A stretch of DNA of 32,000 nucleotides. Origin: Pyrodictium abyssi. GTDB taxonomy: Archaea > Thermoproteota > Thermoprotei_A > Sulfolobales > Pyrodictiaceae. A program made the position numbers and the translations under genes. The notes under the pieces were generated by a model. That model saw only the letters and a program-made list of their open reading frames with translations, did not search any database and was not told the origin of the DNA. Location: NCBI RefSeq assembly GCF_036323395.1, contig NZ_AP028907.1, forward strand, positions 600,001 to 632,000. Direction: 5' to 3'. Positions 17,683 through 26,965 of this stretch are shown here, one piece after another (position 1 is the stretch's first letter; every line of letters starts with the position of its first letter).

Positions 17683-18825
17683 TTGAGGCTGCTCGAGTAC
17701 GAGGCTAAGGAGATACTCTCGGGGCTCGGCGTCCCCGTGCCCCGTGGCGTCGTGGTGGAGCAGGGCGACGACGTCGCCGAGAAGATCCGGGGCGCTGGGC
17801 TGCAGCCACCCCTTGTCGTGAAGAGCCAGGTGCCTGTTGGGGGCCGTGGCCGGGCTGGCGGCGTAGTGTTCGCCCCGGGTATCGGGGCGGCCGTGGAGGC
17901 CGCTGGGAGGCTCTTCGCTACGCCGGTCCGGGGGCTGCTGCCGCGCCGTGTCCTGGTAGAGGAGGCCGTAGAGCACACGCTGGAGCTCTACCTGGCTGTG
18001 GTGCTGGACCGGGCTGCTAGGAGGCCTGTGCTCATAGCCTCGCGGATGGGCGGCGTCGAGGTGGAGGAGGCCGCCAAGAAGAACCCTGGGGCGATCATCA
18101 GGGCTGCTGTCGATCCCTGGCTGGGGCTCCGGGGCTACGTGGCGCGGCGCGCCGGGCTCGCGCTGGGGCTGCGCGGCCGCCTGCTCCGCGGCTTCGAGGC
18201 CGTGGCCCTCGCGCTATACCGGGCCTGGGAGACGCTCGGCGCCGAGCTCGTGGAGGTGAACCCGCTAGCCGTGGCGGGGGACCGGCTCGTAGCGCTCGAC
18301 GCCAAGATAGTCGTGGACGATAACGCGCTGAGCCGCCACCCCGGGCTGGGCGGCCGCGGCGACGTGGGTGAGTACACCGGGCTCGAGGCCCAGGCGCGGA
18401 GGCTCGGCCTGCCCCTGGTGGAGCTGGGGCAGGAGGGCGTCGCCGTGGTCGGCAACGGGGCGGGCATGACTATGGCCACTATGGACCTGGTCTACGAGCG
18501 TGGTGGCCAGCCCTCGGTGTTCCTCGACATCGGTGGCGGTGCCTCGGCCGACCGGGTGCGGGCCGCGCTCGGGCTCCTAGCCGGCCACCAGGCGTCCCGG
18601 AGCATACTGGTGAACATATTCGGCGGCATAACCCGGTGCGACGAAGTAGCCCGGGGCATAGCCTCGGCTGTAGAGGAGCATGGCTCCCCAAAGCCGCTAG
18701 TAGTACGGCTCGCCGGGACCATGGCCGAGGAGGGACGCCGCATCCTAGCCAGGGCCGGCGTCGAGGCCTACAGCGACCCAGTCGAGGCCGTAGACCGCGC
18801 AGTAGAGCTGGCAAGAGAGGGGTGA
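17683..18825 (+). CDS. sucC: Succinyl-CoA synthetase (ADP-forming) beta subunit
   Basis: [95 protein letters not shown] at 17683 is the start matching family N-termini. The track extends upstream to 17542. Confidence 0.93.
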   Translation: MRLLEYEAKEILSGLGVPVPRGVVVEQGDDVAEKIRGAGLQPPLVVKSQVPVGGRGRAGGVVFAPGIGAAVEAAGRLFATPVRGLLPRRVLVEEAVEHTLELYLAVVLDRAARRPVLIASRMGGVEVEEAAKKNPGAIIRAAVDPWLGLRGYVARRAGLALGLRGRLLRGFEAVALALYRAWETLGAELVEVNPLAVAGDRLVALDAKIVVDDNALSRHPGLGGRGDVGEYTGLEAQARRLGLPLVELGQEGVAVVGNGAGMTMATMDLVYERGGQPSVFLDIGGGASADRVRAALGLLAGHQASRSILVNIFGGITRCDEVARGIASAVEEHGSPKPLVVRLAGTMAEEGRRILARAGVEAYSDPVEAVDRAVELAREG

Positions 18826-18831
18826 CCCAGG

Positions 18832-19701
18832 ATGGCTATACTGGTGGACCGTGGCACGCGCGTAGTGGTGCAGGGGATCACTGGGCGTGAGGGCCGGTTC
18901 CACACCCGGCTAATGCTGGAGTACGGCACCCGGGTCGTGGCGGGGGTTACGCCCGGCAAGGGCGGCGAAAGGGTGCACGGAGTCCCGGTCTACGACACCG
19001 TGGAGGAGGCGGTAGAGAAGCACGGCGCCGAAGCCAGTATAGTCTTCGTCCCCGCCCCAGCGGCCGCCGACGCCGTCTACGAGGCCGTAGACGCAGGCAT
19101 AAAGCTGGTAGTAGTAATCACGGAACACATACCAGTACACGAGACGATGCTCTTCATAGACTACGCCCGCAGGAAAGGCACACTAGTCATAGGCCCTAAC
19201 ACGCCCGGAGTTATAGCCCCGGGGAGAACCAAGATCGGGATAATGCCAGGAGACGTGTTCACACCCGGCAGGGTGGCGGTGCTGAGCCGTAGCGGGACCC
19301 TAACCTACGAGGTCGCCGCGGCGATGACCAGGGAGGGGATAGGCCAGTCGATCGTCATCGGGGTGGGCGGCGACCCGGTGGTAGGCCTAGACTTCCCAGA
19401 GGCCATGGAGATGCTGGGGAGGGACCCCGGGACACGGGCGCTGGTGCTTATAGGCGAGATAGGCGGCGATATGGAGGAGCGCGCTGCAGCACTGGTCAGG
19501 GAGGGCCGGTTCACAAAGCCCCTGGTAGCCTACATCGCTGGGAAGACAGCACCGCCCGGCAAGAGGATGGGCCACGCTGGCGCAATAATATCCATGGGCT
19601 TAGGGGGCTACCAGGAGAAGGTAGAGGCACTCAGGGCCGCAGGCGCCCTAGTGGCGCGGACACCGTACGAGATACCCAAGCTCCTAGCCAGCGTACTGTG
19701 A
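18832..19701 (+). CDS. sucD: Succinyl-CoA synthetase alpha subunit
   Basis: [78 protein letters not shown] (active-site His). Confidence 0.96.
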   Translation: MAILVDRGTRVVVQGITGREGRFHTRLMLEYGTRVVAGVTPGKGGERVHGVPVYDTVEEAVEKHGAEASIVFVPAPAAADAVYEAVDAGIKLVVVITEHIPVHETMLFIDYARRKGTLVIGPNTPGVIAPGRTKIGIMPGDVFTPGRVAVLSRSGTLTYEVAAAMTREGIGQSIVIGVGGDPVVGLDFPEAMEMLGRDPGTRALVLIGEIGGDMEERAAALVREGRFTKPLVAYIAGKTAPPGKRMGHAGAIISMGLGGYQEKVEALRAAGALVARTPYEIPKLLASVL

Positions 19702-19721
19702 GGCCCCTGGTGGAGCATTGC

Positions 19722-19742
19722 CCGGGGGCTGTGCGCCCCCGG
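19722..19742. terminator. GC-rich hairpin between convergent sucD and PAPS-reductase-like genes
   Basis: CCGGGGGC-TGTGC-GCCCCCGG, perfect 8-bp stem with 5-nt loop. Terminator role is inferred from position only. Confidence 0.35.
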
Positions 19743-19838
19743 AGGCTCTAGGGCTGCAGCCTCTGCACGGGACCTGGACGGGCGGCCCCTCCCCCATAGC
19801 CTACCGTGTCGCCGTTGCCGGGGGGTTCCTGGACGGGT

Positions 19839-21206
19839 TCACTGCTGGAGCCATGTCTCGGGTTCGCCGCCTCGGCGCCACTCGCCGGCTAGGAGTAGGC
19901 GGAGGGCCTCCTCCTCGCTGGTGCCCTGGTGCTCCGCCACGGCTTCTGCGAGCCTCCTGTACCACCATGGGTGTAGCCTGTAGGCCAGGTGTATCTCGTA
20001 GAGGTGCATTGCTGGGCAAGCTATGCAGCCTATCCTTGTGAGGCCCTCCTGGTACAGCTGGCTGACGGGGATCCCGCGCTCGGCGAGGTACAGCTGGACG
20101 GCTAGCCGGGGCCAGTGGTGTATGGGGAGCGCCCGCACCACGCCGGGTATGAGCGGGTTCTTGCCGAGCCGGGGGGTCCGGGCCCGGTTTGTGCTCTCCC
20201 AGCGCCGCGCGCCGTCGAGGACGAGCCGGGCGCCGACGCGGCTGTAGAAGCGCCGGAGGGGCTGGAGCTTGAGGAGACGGGTGCACCAGCGGTCGTCCCT
20301 CGTCATGAGGCCCCTCTTCCTGACCTCGTCTAGGGGGCTGGTGTCGGGCTCTACCACCTCCAGGTCGACGCCGAGGATCGCTGCTATGCGCTCGGCGTGC
20401 CTCCGGGCCTCGGGGTACTCCATCCCGGTGTCCGCGTAGACTGCTACGACCCTCTCGGGGCCCAGGGCTTCCCGGGCGAGGCTGAGCACAGCCGTGGAGT
20501 CTGCGCCGCCGCTGAACGCGACGTAGACCCTGCCCTGGCTCGCTTGGACCCTGGCGTAGACCCGGCGGATGAACTCCCGTGCCTCGGCGGCGAGGCCGCC
20601 TACTATCTCCGCGTTCTTCTCTATGGCCGCCTCAAGCTCGGCTGGGGGGAGGGGGCTGAGCCCCCGGGGCGCCATGTCCTTGACCTTGGCGGTGCAAGCC
20701 TCCCCGTCGGCCCCGGTTACGCGGGCTGGGCCGACCCAGCCGCGCGACCCTACTATGACCCAGCGGCGGCCACGGCAGCTCTCGGGGCTTAGCCTGACCC
20801 GCTTCCCCTTCAGCCGGGGCCCGGAGCTGCGGACCTCCAGGACCTCCGCGCCCCGGCTCGCTGCTAGGCCAGCTAGGGCGCCGCTAGGGTGGAGAACCCA
20901 GCCCCGCCGGGTGTACTCCACGACGCCCAGCCTGAGGGCCTCCGCGAAGACCTCGGCTGCGTACTCGCCGCCCGGGGCGGGGACCCGGTGGAACACGACC
21001 AGCCTGTCGCGGAGCCCCAGGTCGGCGCCGAAGGCTAGCCGGGACAGCGTGTCCAGGAGGCTGCGCTCGTAGCGGCCTGCTAGCCAGTAGTCGCCGCGGA
21101 CCCGCCAGCACGCCTTGCCGGAGCCCCTGCAGCCCAGCACCGGGACGCTCGGCTCGCGGAGCCAGCCGAGCCTCTCCAGCGCCTCTAGCAGCCCCTGCAG
21201 CGCCAT
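19839..21206 (-). CDS. PAPS reductase / ATP-pyrophosphatase superfamily protein with archaeal N-terminal extension
   Basis: PP-loop VYVAFSGGADSTAVLSLA, VYADTGMEYPE, RDDRWCTRLLKLQP, and GLTRIGCIACPAM cysteine motif. The N-terminal ~200 aa includes a GEACTAKVKDMAPRGLS segment resembling a PUA-like domain. Confidence 0.85.
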   Translation of the reverse strand: MALQGLLEALERLGWLREPSVPVLGCRGSGKACWRVRGDYWLAGRYERSLLDTLSRLAFGADLGLRDRLVVFHRVPAPGGEYAAEVFAEALRLGVVEYTRRGWVLHPSGALAGLAASRGAEVLEVRSSGPRLKGKRVRLSPESCRGRRWVIVGSRGWVGPARVTGADGEACTAKVKDMAPRGLSPLPPAELEAAIEKNAEIVGGLAAEAREFIRRVYARVQASQGRVYVAFSGGADSTAVLSLAREALGPERVVAVYADTGMEYPEARRHAERIAAILGVDLEVVEPDTSPLDEVRKRGLMTRDDRWCTRLLKLQPLRRFYSRVGARLVLDGARRWESTNRARTPRLGKNPLIPGVVRALPIHHWPRLAVQLYLAERGIPVSQLYQEGLTRIGCIACPAMHLYEIHLAYRLHPWWYRRLAEAVAEHQGTSEEEALRLLLAGEWRRGGEPETWLQQ

Positions 21207-21236
21207 AGCCCGCCCCCGGTCCCCGTGGGCCCGGGG

Positions 21237-22490
21237 CTACAGCCCGGCGCCCGTTGATAGCAGCTTCTCCACAGCCTCCTCCAGCGCGCTGCCGGGTATA
21301 CGGCCCTTGGACTCGACAACTGCCGCCACGTCGAGGCCGCAGCCCTGCAGCTTCTCGGCTATCCTGCGCGCCGCTGCCCCGCCCCACGCGTAGGATGAGA
21401 CCACGAGGACACGCTGCCCGGCCGACGCCTTGCTGCAGATCATGTCCAGCACGTGCCATATCAGGGGGAACACGCTGGCCTCGTAGGTGGCCGCGCCGAC
21501 GACCAGGTAGCCCGCGTCGAGCACCTCACCTAGCAGGTCTGCAATGTTAGCCCTATCGGCCCCGGTGAACCCGTAGACCGAGACGTCGAGGCCCCGTGCC
21601 TCCAGCATGCCTGCTATACGCTGCACTGCCTCCTCTACGGCGCCGTACATGCTCGAGTAGACTACCACCGCCCTGCCCGTGTCGAGCCGCCCGCTGGCCC
21701 AGCCCCTGTAGAGCCCGATGGCTTCCTGCACGTGCCTCTCTATAGCCATGCCATGCAGCGGGGCAAGCACCTTCGGCTTGACGGTTTCGAGCCTATCTAG
21801 TGCCTTTGTTACCCACCTCCTGTACGCGCCTATGATTGTGGCAAAGTACTTTCTCATGAAGTAGGTGTAGTACTTGAAGGCCTCCGGGTCGCCGCTGTCC
21901 ACTAGGACGCCGGGCACGGTGTAGGCGCCGAACGCGTCCCCCGTGAACAGCACCCGGCCGGGCTCGAGCAGGCTCATAACGGTCTCGGGCCAGTGGAGCC
22001 ACGCAGTCTCCAGGAAGACCAGCCGGTGGCCGCCGCCGAGGCCTAGCTCCATCCCGTCCTTTACCGGCTTGAAGCTCTCTATGCGGATGCCGTAGAGGGC
22101 CTCGAGCATGCCCCTGGCCATGGGGTGCGCGTAGACCGTGGCGCGGCGGGCCCGCTCGAGTACCGCGGGGAGCGCGCCGCTGTGGTCCGGCTCCGCGTGG
22201 TGGACCACGACGGCGTCTATGTCTCGGGGGTCTACTATGCTGCTCAGCGCCGAGAGGAACTCCTCCTCGAACCCCCTCCTCACGGTGTCGAGTAGTACTA
22301 CGCGCTCCGGCCCGGTGACCACGTAGGCGTTGTAGGTTATGCCCTCCGGTATCTCCCAGAGCGCCTCGAAGAACCTCGTAGCCTCGTCCTCGACGCGGAT
22401 CATGTAGACGCCGGGGGCTATCTCCTGAACGCGCAAACGCGGCTCGAGGCTTAGTGGCGCATGGCTGTAGCTGCAGCCGTGTCTATGCAA
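21237..22490 (-). CDS. FprA-type flavodiiron protein (A-type flavoprotein)
   Basis: Metallo-beta-lactamase HHAEPDHSGALP, TAWLHWPETVMSL, LFTGDAFGAY, PLHGMA, plus C-terminal flavodoxin VVVYSSMYGAVEEAV and VVGAATYEASVFPL. Confidence 0.93.
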   Translation of the reverse strand: MHRHGCSYSHAPLSLEPRLRVQEIAPGVYMIRVEDEATRFFEALWEIPEGITYNAYVVTGPERVVLLDTVRRGFEEEFLSALSSIVDPRDIDAVVVHHAEPDHSGALPAVLERARRATVYAHPMARGMLEALYGIRIESFKPVKDGMELGLGGGHRLVFLETAWLHWPETVMSLLEPGRVLFTGDAFGAYTVPGVLVDSGDPEAFKYYTYFMRKYFATIIGAYRRWVTKALDRLETVKPKVLAPLHGMAIERHVQEAIGLYRGWASGRLDTGRAVVVYSSMYGAVEEAVQRIAGMLEARGLDVSVYGFTGADRANIADLLGEVLDAGYLVVGAATYEASVFPLIWHVLDMICSKASAGQRVLVVSSYAWGGAAARRIAEKLQGCGLDVAAVVESKGRIPGSALEEAVEKLLSTGAGL

Positions 22491-22613
22491 AGGGTGTGCT
22501 CCTCCGCCTCTGTTACACCCCGCGGGAGGTAACAGGGGTTACCTCGCCAGCAGCGGACCCCAGGCAATATAGGCCAGGCCCCGGCAGGAAGAGCCCCAGG
22601 GGCCGTCGCCGGG

Positions 22614-24269
22614 TTGGACGCGATAGGTGTCGTGCTCAGCGGCTCTACCACCGATACCGTGAAGATGCAGCTCACCGCGGAGGGCGAGCGCCTGGCCCGC
22701 GAGGGCCTCCTAGTCCTGGTCGAGGCCCGGCGCGGCGAGGAGAAGGTGATAGCCCGGATAGAGAGGATAGTCCCCGTCAACGAGTTCTACCTGGAGGGCG
22801 ACCTCTGGAGCGAGGCCCGGCGCCGCGGCCTGGAGCCGCCGCTCCTCGAGGAGGCAGCCCGGCGCTACACCCTCGCCGAGGCCTCGGTGCTCGGGCGGGC
22901 TGGGCCCCGCGGCCTAGAGGAGCTGTCGGCCCCGCCCCTGCCCGGGGACCGTGTGAGGCTCCTCGGCCCGGGAGAGCTCCGGGAGGCCCTGGGGCTCGGG
23001 GAGGACGAGCCTGGGATAGTCTGGTTCGGGGAGCTGCTCGGCTACAGCGGGCTCGGGCTCCCCCTGGACGTCGAGAACATAACGATGCACGTGGGGGTGT
23101 TCGGGGAGACTGGGAGCGGCAAGAGCTACGGAGTAGGCTACCTCATCGAGCTGCTGTCGCGGATACCGCTGGGCCGGGGCGTCTACGGAGCGCTGCCCGT
23201 GATAGTGGTCGATGCTAACGGTGACTACCTGGACTACCACGAGGCGTACGCAGCCGGTAAGCCGGTGGGCGAGTACCGCCGGGTCTACCGGCTCGTCTTC
23301 CCGAATAGCCCGGCCCGGTACCGGCCCTACACCAAGCCCGTGACGATAGACCTGGACGGGTTCACGGCCCGCGAGATAGCGGAGTTCATAATAACCTACA
23401 AGGCCGGAGGCGTGGAGCTCAACGAGCTCCAGGTATCTGGCCTGGAGAGGGTCCTCCGGGAGCTCGAGGCCAGGGGCTACGGGTTCACAGAGCTCCTCAC
23501 GGAGAGGGTGGGCCTCGTCTACGAGGTGCTCGAGGAGCTTAGCCGGGGCCGAGGTGCTGCTATACACGCGCAGACGGCCCGGGCTATACGCGCCGCCGTG
23601 GAGAAGTTCCACAGGGACATAGTGGAGGGCTACCGCGTCATATCCCGGAGGCCTGGCCTCGACGCGGGCTTCATCGAGGAGCTCACCCGGGAGCCGGGGC
23701 TGGCTATACTCGACTTCTCGGCGGAGGGCGCCCCGGGTGTACCGCTGCCGGTCCGTCAGCTAGTGGTGGCGTACCTCGCCCGTCTCCTCTACAAGCAGTT
23801 CACCCTCTACAAGATAAGGGGCGAGGAGCGCTACCTGGTGCTGGTGCTCGAGGAGGCGCAGAACTACGCGCCGAACCCCCGGAGCTACCCGGTGGCCTGG
23901 AGCCTAGCAAGGGACTACCTCTCGCTGATAGCCACGCAGGGCCGGAAGTTCGGCCTCAGCCTCGTCCTGGTGAGCCAGAGGCCCGTCTTCGTGGACCCCG
24001 TGGTGCTCTCCATGCTCAACACGTGGATAGTCTACCGGCTCCCCGTGGAGGACGTGAGCTACGTGTCCCGGGCCTGTGGCGGGCTCCCCCGGGCGCTAGA
24101 GCGGAGGCTCACCAGGCTCCCCCGCGGCGTAGCCGTGGTAACCGGGCAGATGAACGTGCTCGGCTTCCCAGTGCTCGTCCGCACCGGGAGGCGCAGCGTG
24201 GGCCACGCGATGGGCCGCACCAGGGTCGTGGAAACGCTGCGGCGGCTCTACCAGGCGGGCGGGGGCTGA
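22614..24269 (+). CDS. HerA-family helicase/ATPase (DUF87)
   Basis: N-terminal HAS-barrel-like region, Walker A FGETGSGKSYGVGYLIE, VVDANGDY, Walker B LVLVLEEAQNYAP, SLILVSQRP-type motif (LSLVLVSQRPVFVDPVVLSMLNTWIVYRL). Confidence 0.88.
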   Translation: MDAIGVVLSGSTTDTVKMQLTAEGERLAREGLLVLVEARRGEEKVIARIERIVPVNEFYLEGDLWSEARRRGLEPPLLEEAARRYTLAEASVLGRAGPRGLEELSAPPLPGDRVRLLGPGELREALGLGEDEPGIVWFGELLGYSGLGLPLDVENITMHVGVFGETGSGKSYGVGYLIELLSRIPLGRGVYGALPVIVVDANGDYLDYHEAYAAGKPVGEYRRVYRLVFPNSPARYRPYTKPVTIDLDGFTAREIAEFIITYKAGGVELNELQVSGLERVLRELEARGYGFTELLTERVGLVYEVLEELSRGRGAAIHAQTARAIRAAVEKFHRDIVEGYRVISRRPGLDAGFIEELTREPGLAILDFSAEGAPGVPLPVRQLVVAYLARLLYKQFTLYKIRGEERYLVLVLEEAQNYAPNPRSYPVAWSLARDYLSLIATQGRKFGLSLVLVSQRPVFVDPVVLSMLNTWIVYRLPVEDVSYVSRACGGLPRALERRLTRLPRGVAVVTGQMNVLGFPVLVRTGRRSVGHAMGRTRVVETLRRLYQAGGG

Positions 24270-24273
24270 GGCA

Positions 24274-25449
24274 TTGACGGACAGGCTGCCGGAGCCGCTC
24301 GAGCGCAAGATGAGGGAGATGCTCGACGTCCAGAGGAGTGAGCCGGAGCTAGTCCGCCGGATCCTGGAGAAGGCGCTGCAGCGGGAGAGGGAGAGGGAGA
24401 CCCTCTACAGCATCCTCCGCGCCGTCGGCTCCACGGTGTACGAGGAGATGAGGAGACGCAGCCTGCTACACGAGCCTCCGGGGCCCCGGGGGAGCCCGGC
24501 CTGCTACGGGGTGGACGGCTCCCGGCAGGTCGTCGGGGGCCGGCTCGGCCGCTACTACATACTCCTCTCCACAGCCATCGTGTCGCTCCCCCGGGGCCCC
24601 GACAGCGCCCGGGCTGAGGCCGTCTTCCCGGGCGTGGACATAGTGGAGGTCGTGGACCCCACGGGGGCGAGCATAGAGCCCGCTGCCGAGGCCGCGCTGA
24701 TGGTCCTGGAGACGCTCACCCTCCGAAGGCTGGCGGACGCCGAGCCCGGGGTAGTCTTCATAGACGGGCCCGTCGTCGACCCCCCGGCGCGCTTCGACCC
24801 GGGCACCGCCGTGCAGGCCGTGATGAGGCTCCTCGACGCGCCCCCAGAGGAGGCCCTACGCGTCGTAGAGGAGTACCACAGGATACGGGCCAGGGTGGTA
24901 GCCGGGCTCGTGGGGAGAGGCCACACCGTCATCGGTGTCGTGAAGCGCATCGGCCGGGTCAACCTGCTGGCAAGGCACCTAGCACGGCTCGGCATAGCCG
25001 ACGCCAGCCGGGTCAGCGACGAGGACCTAGTACTAGCCCTCGTGGCCGCCGCCAGGGCCCGTGGGGACGGGGTGTTCTACACCGAGCCGGTGGAGGCCGC
25101 GAGCCTGCCCCGGGACGTGTACCGCGAGTACCTGGCCGCGGGGCTACGCGTCTACGCCAGCTACACGTTCTCCCCCTACACGCTCCGCCCCTATCGCGTC
25201 GAGGTAGCCGTGCCCCGGGACGCGGAGCCCCGCGGCGCCGTGGAGAGGGCTATCGCCGCCGCCCAGGGGCTCACCCTCCCAGGGCAGAGCCTGCCCCTCC
25301 CCGTGGTCCTCGCGCACGAGAAGACACGGATACGCCGGGGGCTCGCCCAGCTAGTCTACCGGGAGGTGTTGACCCGCGCCTCGCTGCCCGAGGGCGACCC
25401 GCTAGCCGATACGCTGAAGGCCCTCCTAGCCGGGCTCGACGAGGCCTAG
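24274..25449 (+). CDS. nurA: NurA-family 5'-3' nuclease
   Basis: CYGVDGSRQVVGGRLGRYYIL, GVVFIDGPVVDPP, and C-terminal EKTRIRRGLAQLVYREV. TTG start 5 nt after the herA-like stop. Confidence 0.85.
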   Translation: MTDRLPEPLERKMREMLDVQRSEPELVRRILEKALQRERERETLYSILRAVGSTVYEEMRRRSLLHEPPGPRGSPACYGVDGSRQVVGGRLGRYYILLSTAIVSLPRGPDSARAEAVFPGVDIVEVVDPTGASIEPAAEAALMVLETLTLRRLADAEPGVVFIDGPVVDPPARFDPGTAVQAVMRLLDAPPEEALRVVEEYHRIRARVVAGLVGRGHTVIGVVKRIGRVNLLARHLARLGIADASRVSDEDLVLALVAAARARGDGVFYTEPVEAASLPRDVYREYLAAGLRVYASYTFSPYTLRPYRVEVAVPRDAEPRGAVERAIAAAQGLTLPGQSLPLPVVLAHEKTRIRRGLAQLVYREVLTRASLPEGDPLADTLKALLAGLDEA

Positions 25450-25464
25450 AGGGGCACGGACGGG

Positions 25465-26058
25465 TTGCTGGGCAGGCTACGAGGCAGGGTTAGAGGAGTC
25501 CTAGAGGCCGCTGCCTCGCCGCTAGCCGTGCTCCCGGCCGACTTCTACACCGTGCTGGGGCTCGCCGGGGCCCTAGCCTACCTCTGGGCCGCCAGGGCCG
25601 GGTACCCCGCGCTAGCAACACTGCTGCTCGCCGCTAGCGGGCTGCTCGACGCCCTCGACGGGGCCGTAGCCCGGCTACGGGGCGAAGCCGGGCCGCGCGG
25701 AGCCTACCTCGACAGCCTCCTGGACCGCGTCGCCGACACCGTGTACGCGGCGGGGTTCCTAGCGCTCGGCTACCCGGTGTGGAGTGTCCTAGCCTTCCTC
25801 ACCGGGGCGCTTCTCACAAGCTACGCCCGGGCCCGCTTCGAGTCCCTGGCCGGGAGGAGCATGGAGGGCGTCGGGCTGCTCGAGAGGAGCGACCGCATAG
25901 CCGCGCAGCTCCTGGTGCTCCTAGTCCACGCGCGGCTCGGCATAGAGGCCGCCGCCAGGCTCTACACGGTCCTAGCACTGCTCGCCTGGGCCACGTTCGC
26001 CGAGAGGCTGGCTAGGGGCTACACCCAGCTCCCCCGCTCCAGAGCCCCGCATGCCTAG
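25465..26058 (+). CDS. CDP-alcohol phosphatidyltransferase
   Basis: Signature DALDGAVARLRGEAGPRGAYLDSLLDRVAD, matching the D-x2-DG-x2-AR-x8-G-x3-D-x3-D family motif, plus multiple transmembrane segments. Confidence 0.9.
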   Translation: MLGRLRGRVRGVLEAAASPLAVLPADFYTVLGLAGALAYLWAARAGYPALATLLLAASGLLDALDGAVARLRGEAGPRGAYLDSLLDRVADTVYAAGFLALGYPVWSVLAFLTGALLTSYARARFESLAGRSMEGVGLLERSDRIAAQLLVLLVHARLGIEAAARLYTVLALLAWATFAERLARGYTQLPRSRAPHA

Positions 26059-26184
26059 ACGCTAGGACCCTGACGCCGAACCGTCCGAGTACCTACCTGG
26101 GTGAGGGTGGCAGCCTAGCGCTAGCGTAATCCGGACTGGTAGTAGACCCGGGGGTCTAGCGGCGGGCTACGGGGGTGCATCGCC

Positions 26185-26514
26185 TTGACACTACTCTTTG
26201 AAGTCACGAGCAAGCTCGGGAAGAGAATCAGAGTCACCAAGAGCTACTGGAACTACATAGTCAACGTCAAGCATCCATCCATGAGAGGCCTTGAAGAATG
26301 TGTCAAAAATACCCTGGTAGACCCCCTAGAGGTTCGTAGAAGCCGCCGAGACCCAAGCGTGTACATGTACTACCGGCCTTGGAGAGACAAGCTTATCTGC
26401 GTAGTAGCAAAGCACCTAAACGATGAGGGATTTATAATCACAGCCTACCCTACTAGGAGAATGGCACCGGGCGATACAGTATGGCGGAGGCAACCTTTCA
26501 GGAGACGAGGATAA
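26185..26514 (+). CDS. Small protein resembling BECR/RelE-like nucleases of phage/TA context (putative toxin)
   Basis: 109 aa: ..SYWNYIVNVKHPSMRGLEECVKNTLVDPLEVRRSRRDPSVYMYYRP..KLICVVAKHLNDEGFIITAYPTRRMAPGDTVWRR. TTG start with an upstream GGGGGTG. Domain assignment from pattern memory only. Confidence 0.55.
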   Translation: MTLLFEVTSKLGKRIRVTKSYWNYIVNVKHPSMRGLEECVKNTLVDPLEVRRSRRDPSVYMYYRPWRDKLICVVAKHLNDEGFIITAYPTRRMAPGDTVWRRQPFRRRG

Positions 26515-26768
26515 TACGGCTCCACTACGCTCCGGACCTCGATACGCTAGACCTCTGGATAGACGACCCAGAGAAGGAGGCCCTGGCCGAACCATACGGC
26601 GACAACGTAGTAGTAAAGCTCGACGAGGAAGGCAGGCCTATAGGACTTGAGATAATCTCTCTACACAAGCTACACCCCCGCGACCTAGATGCACTCCCTC
26701 CACAGCTAAGAAGCGCCCTATACAAGGCACTAGAGAGGATAAACGGCCACTACAACCAGGCAGCATAG
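26481..26768 (+). CDS. DUF2283-like small protein (putative antitoxin partner)
   Basis: 95 aa: YAPDLDTLDLWIDD...NVVVKLDEEGRPIGLEIISLHKL, the typical DUF2283 layout. Overlaps the upstream gene by 34 nt. Confidence 0.6.
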   Translation: MAEATFQETRIIRLHYAPDLDTLDLWIDDPEKEALAEPYGDNVVVKLDEEGRPIGLEIISLHKLHPRDLDALPPQLRSALYKALERINGHYNQAA

Positions 26769-26861
26769 CTCATAATACACCCCACATCATGCAGGAGCTA
26801 GTAAAAAGCTACCTAAAGAGAGAGGGCATCATCCATTCGTAGCCATACGCCACGGAGCTAG

Positions 26862-26908
26862 GACCCCGGAGCCCGGGGTCAAGGCAAGCCAGGGCCACCA
26901 GGCCCTGG
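26862..26908. repeat. Two consecutive perfect 8-bp hairpins
   Basis: GACCCCGG-AGC-CCGGGGTC (26862-26880) and CCAGGGCC-ACCA-GGCCCTGG (26889-26908), read directly. Confidence 0.75.
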
Positions 26909-26965
26909 GCCCACGGCGGCCTTAATGAGGCTAGGCGGCGTAGACCCCCGGGGGCCTGCCGGGTA

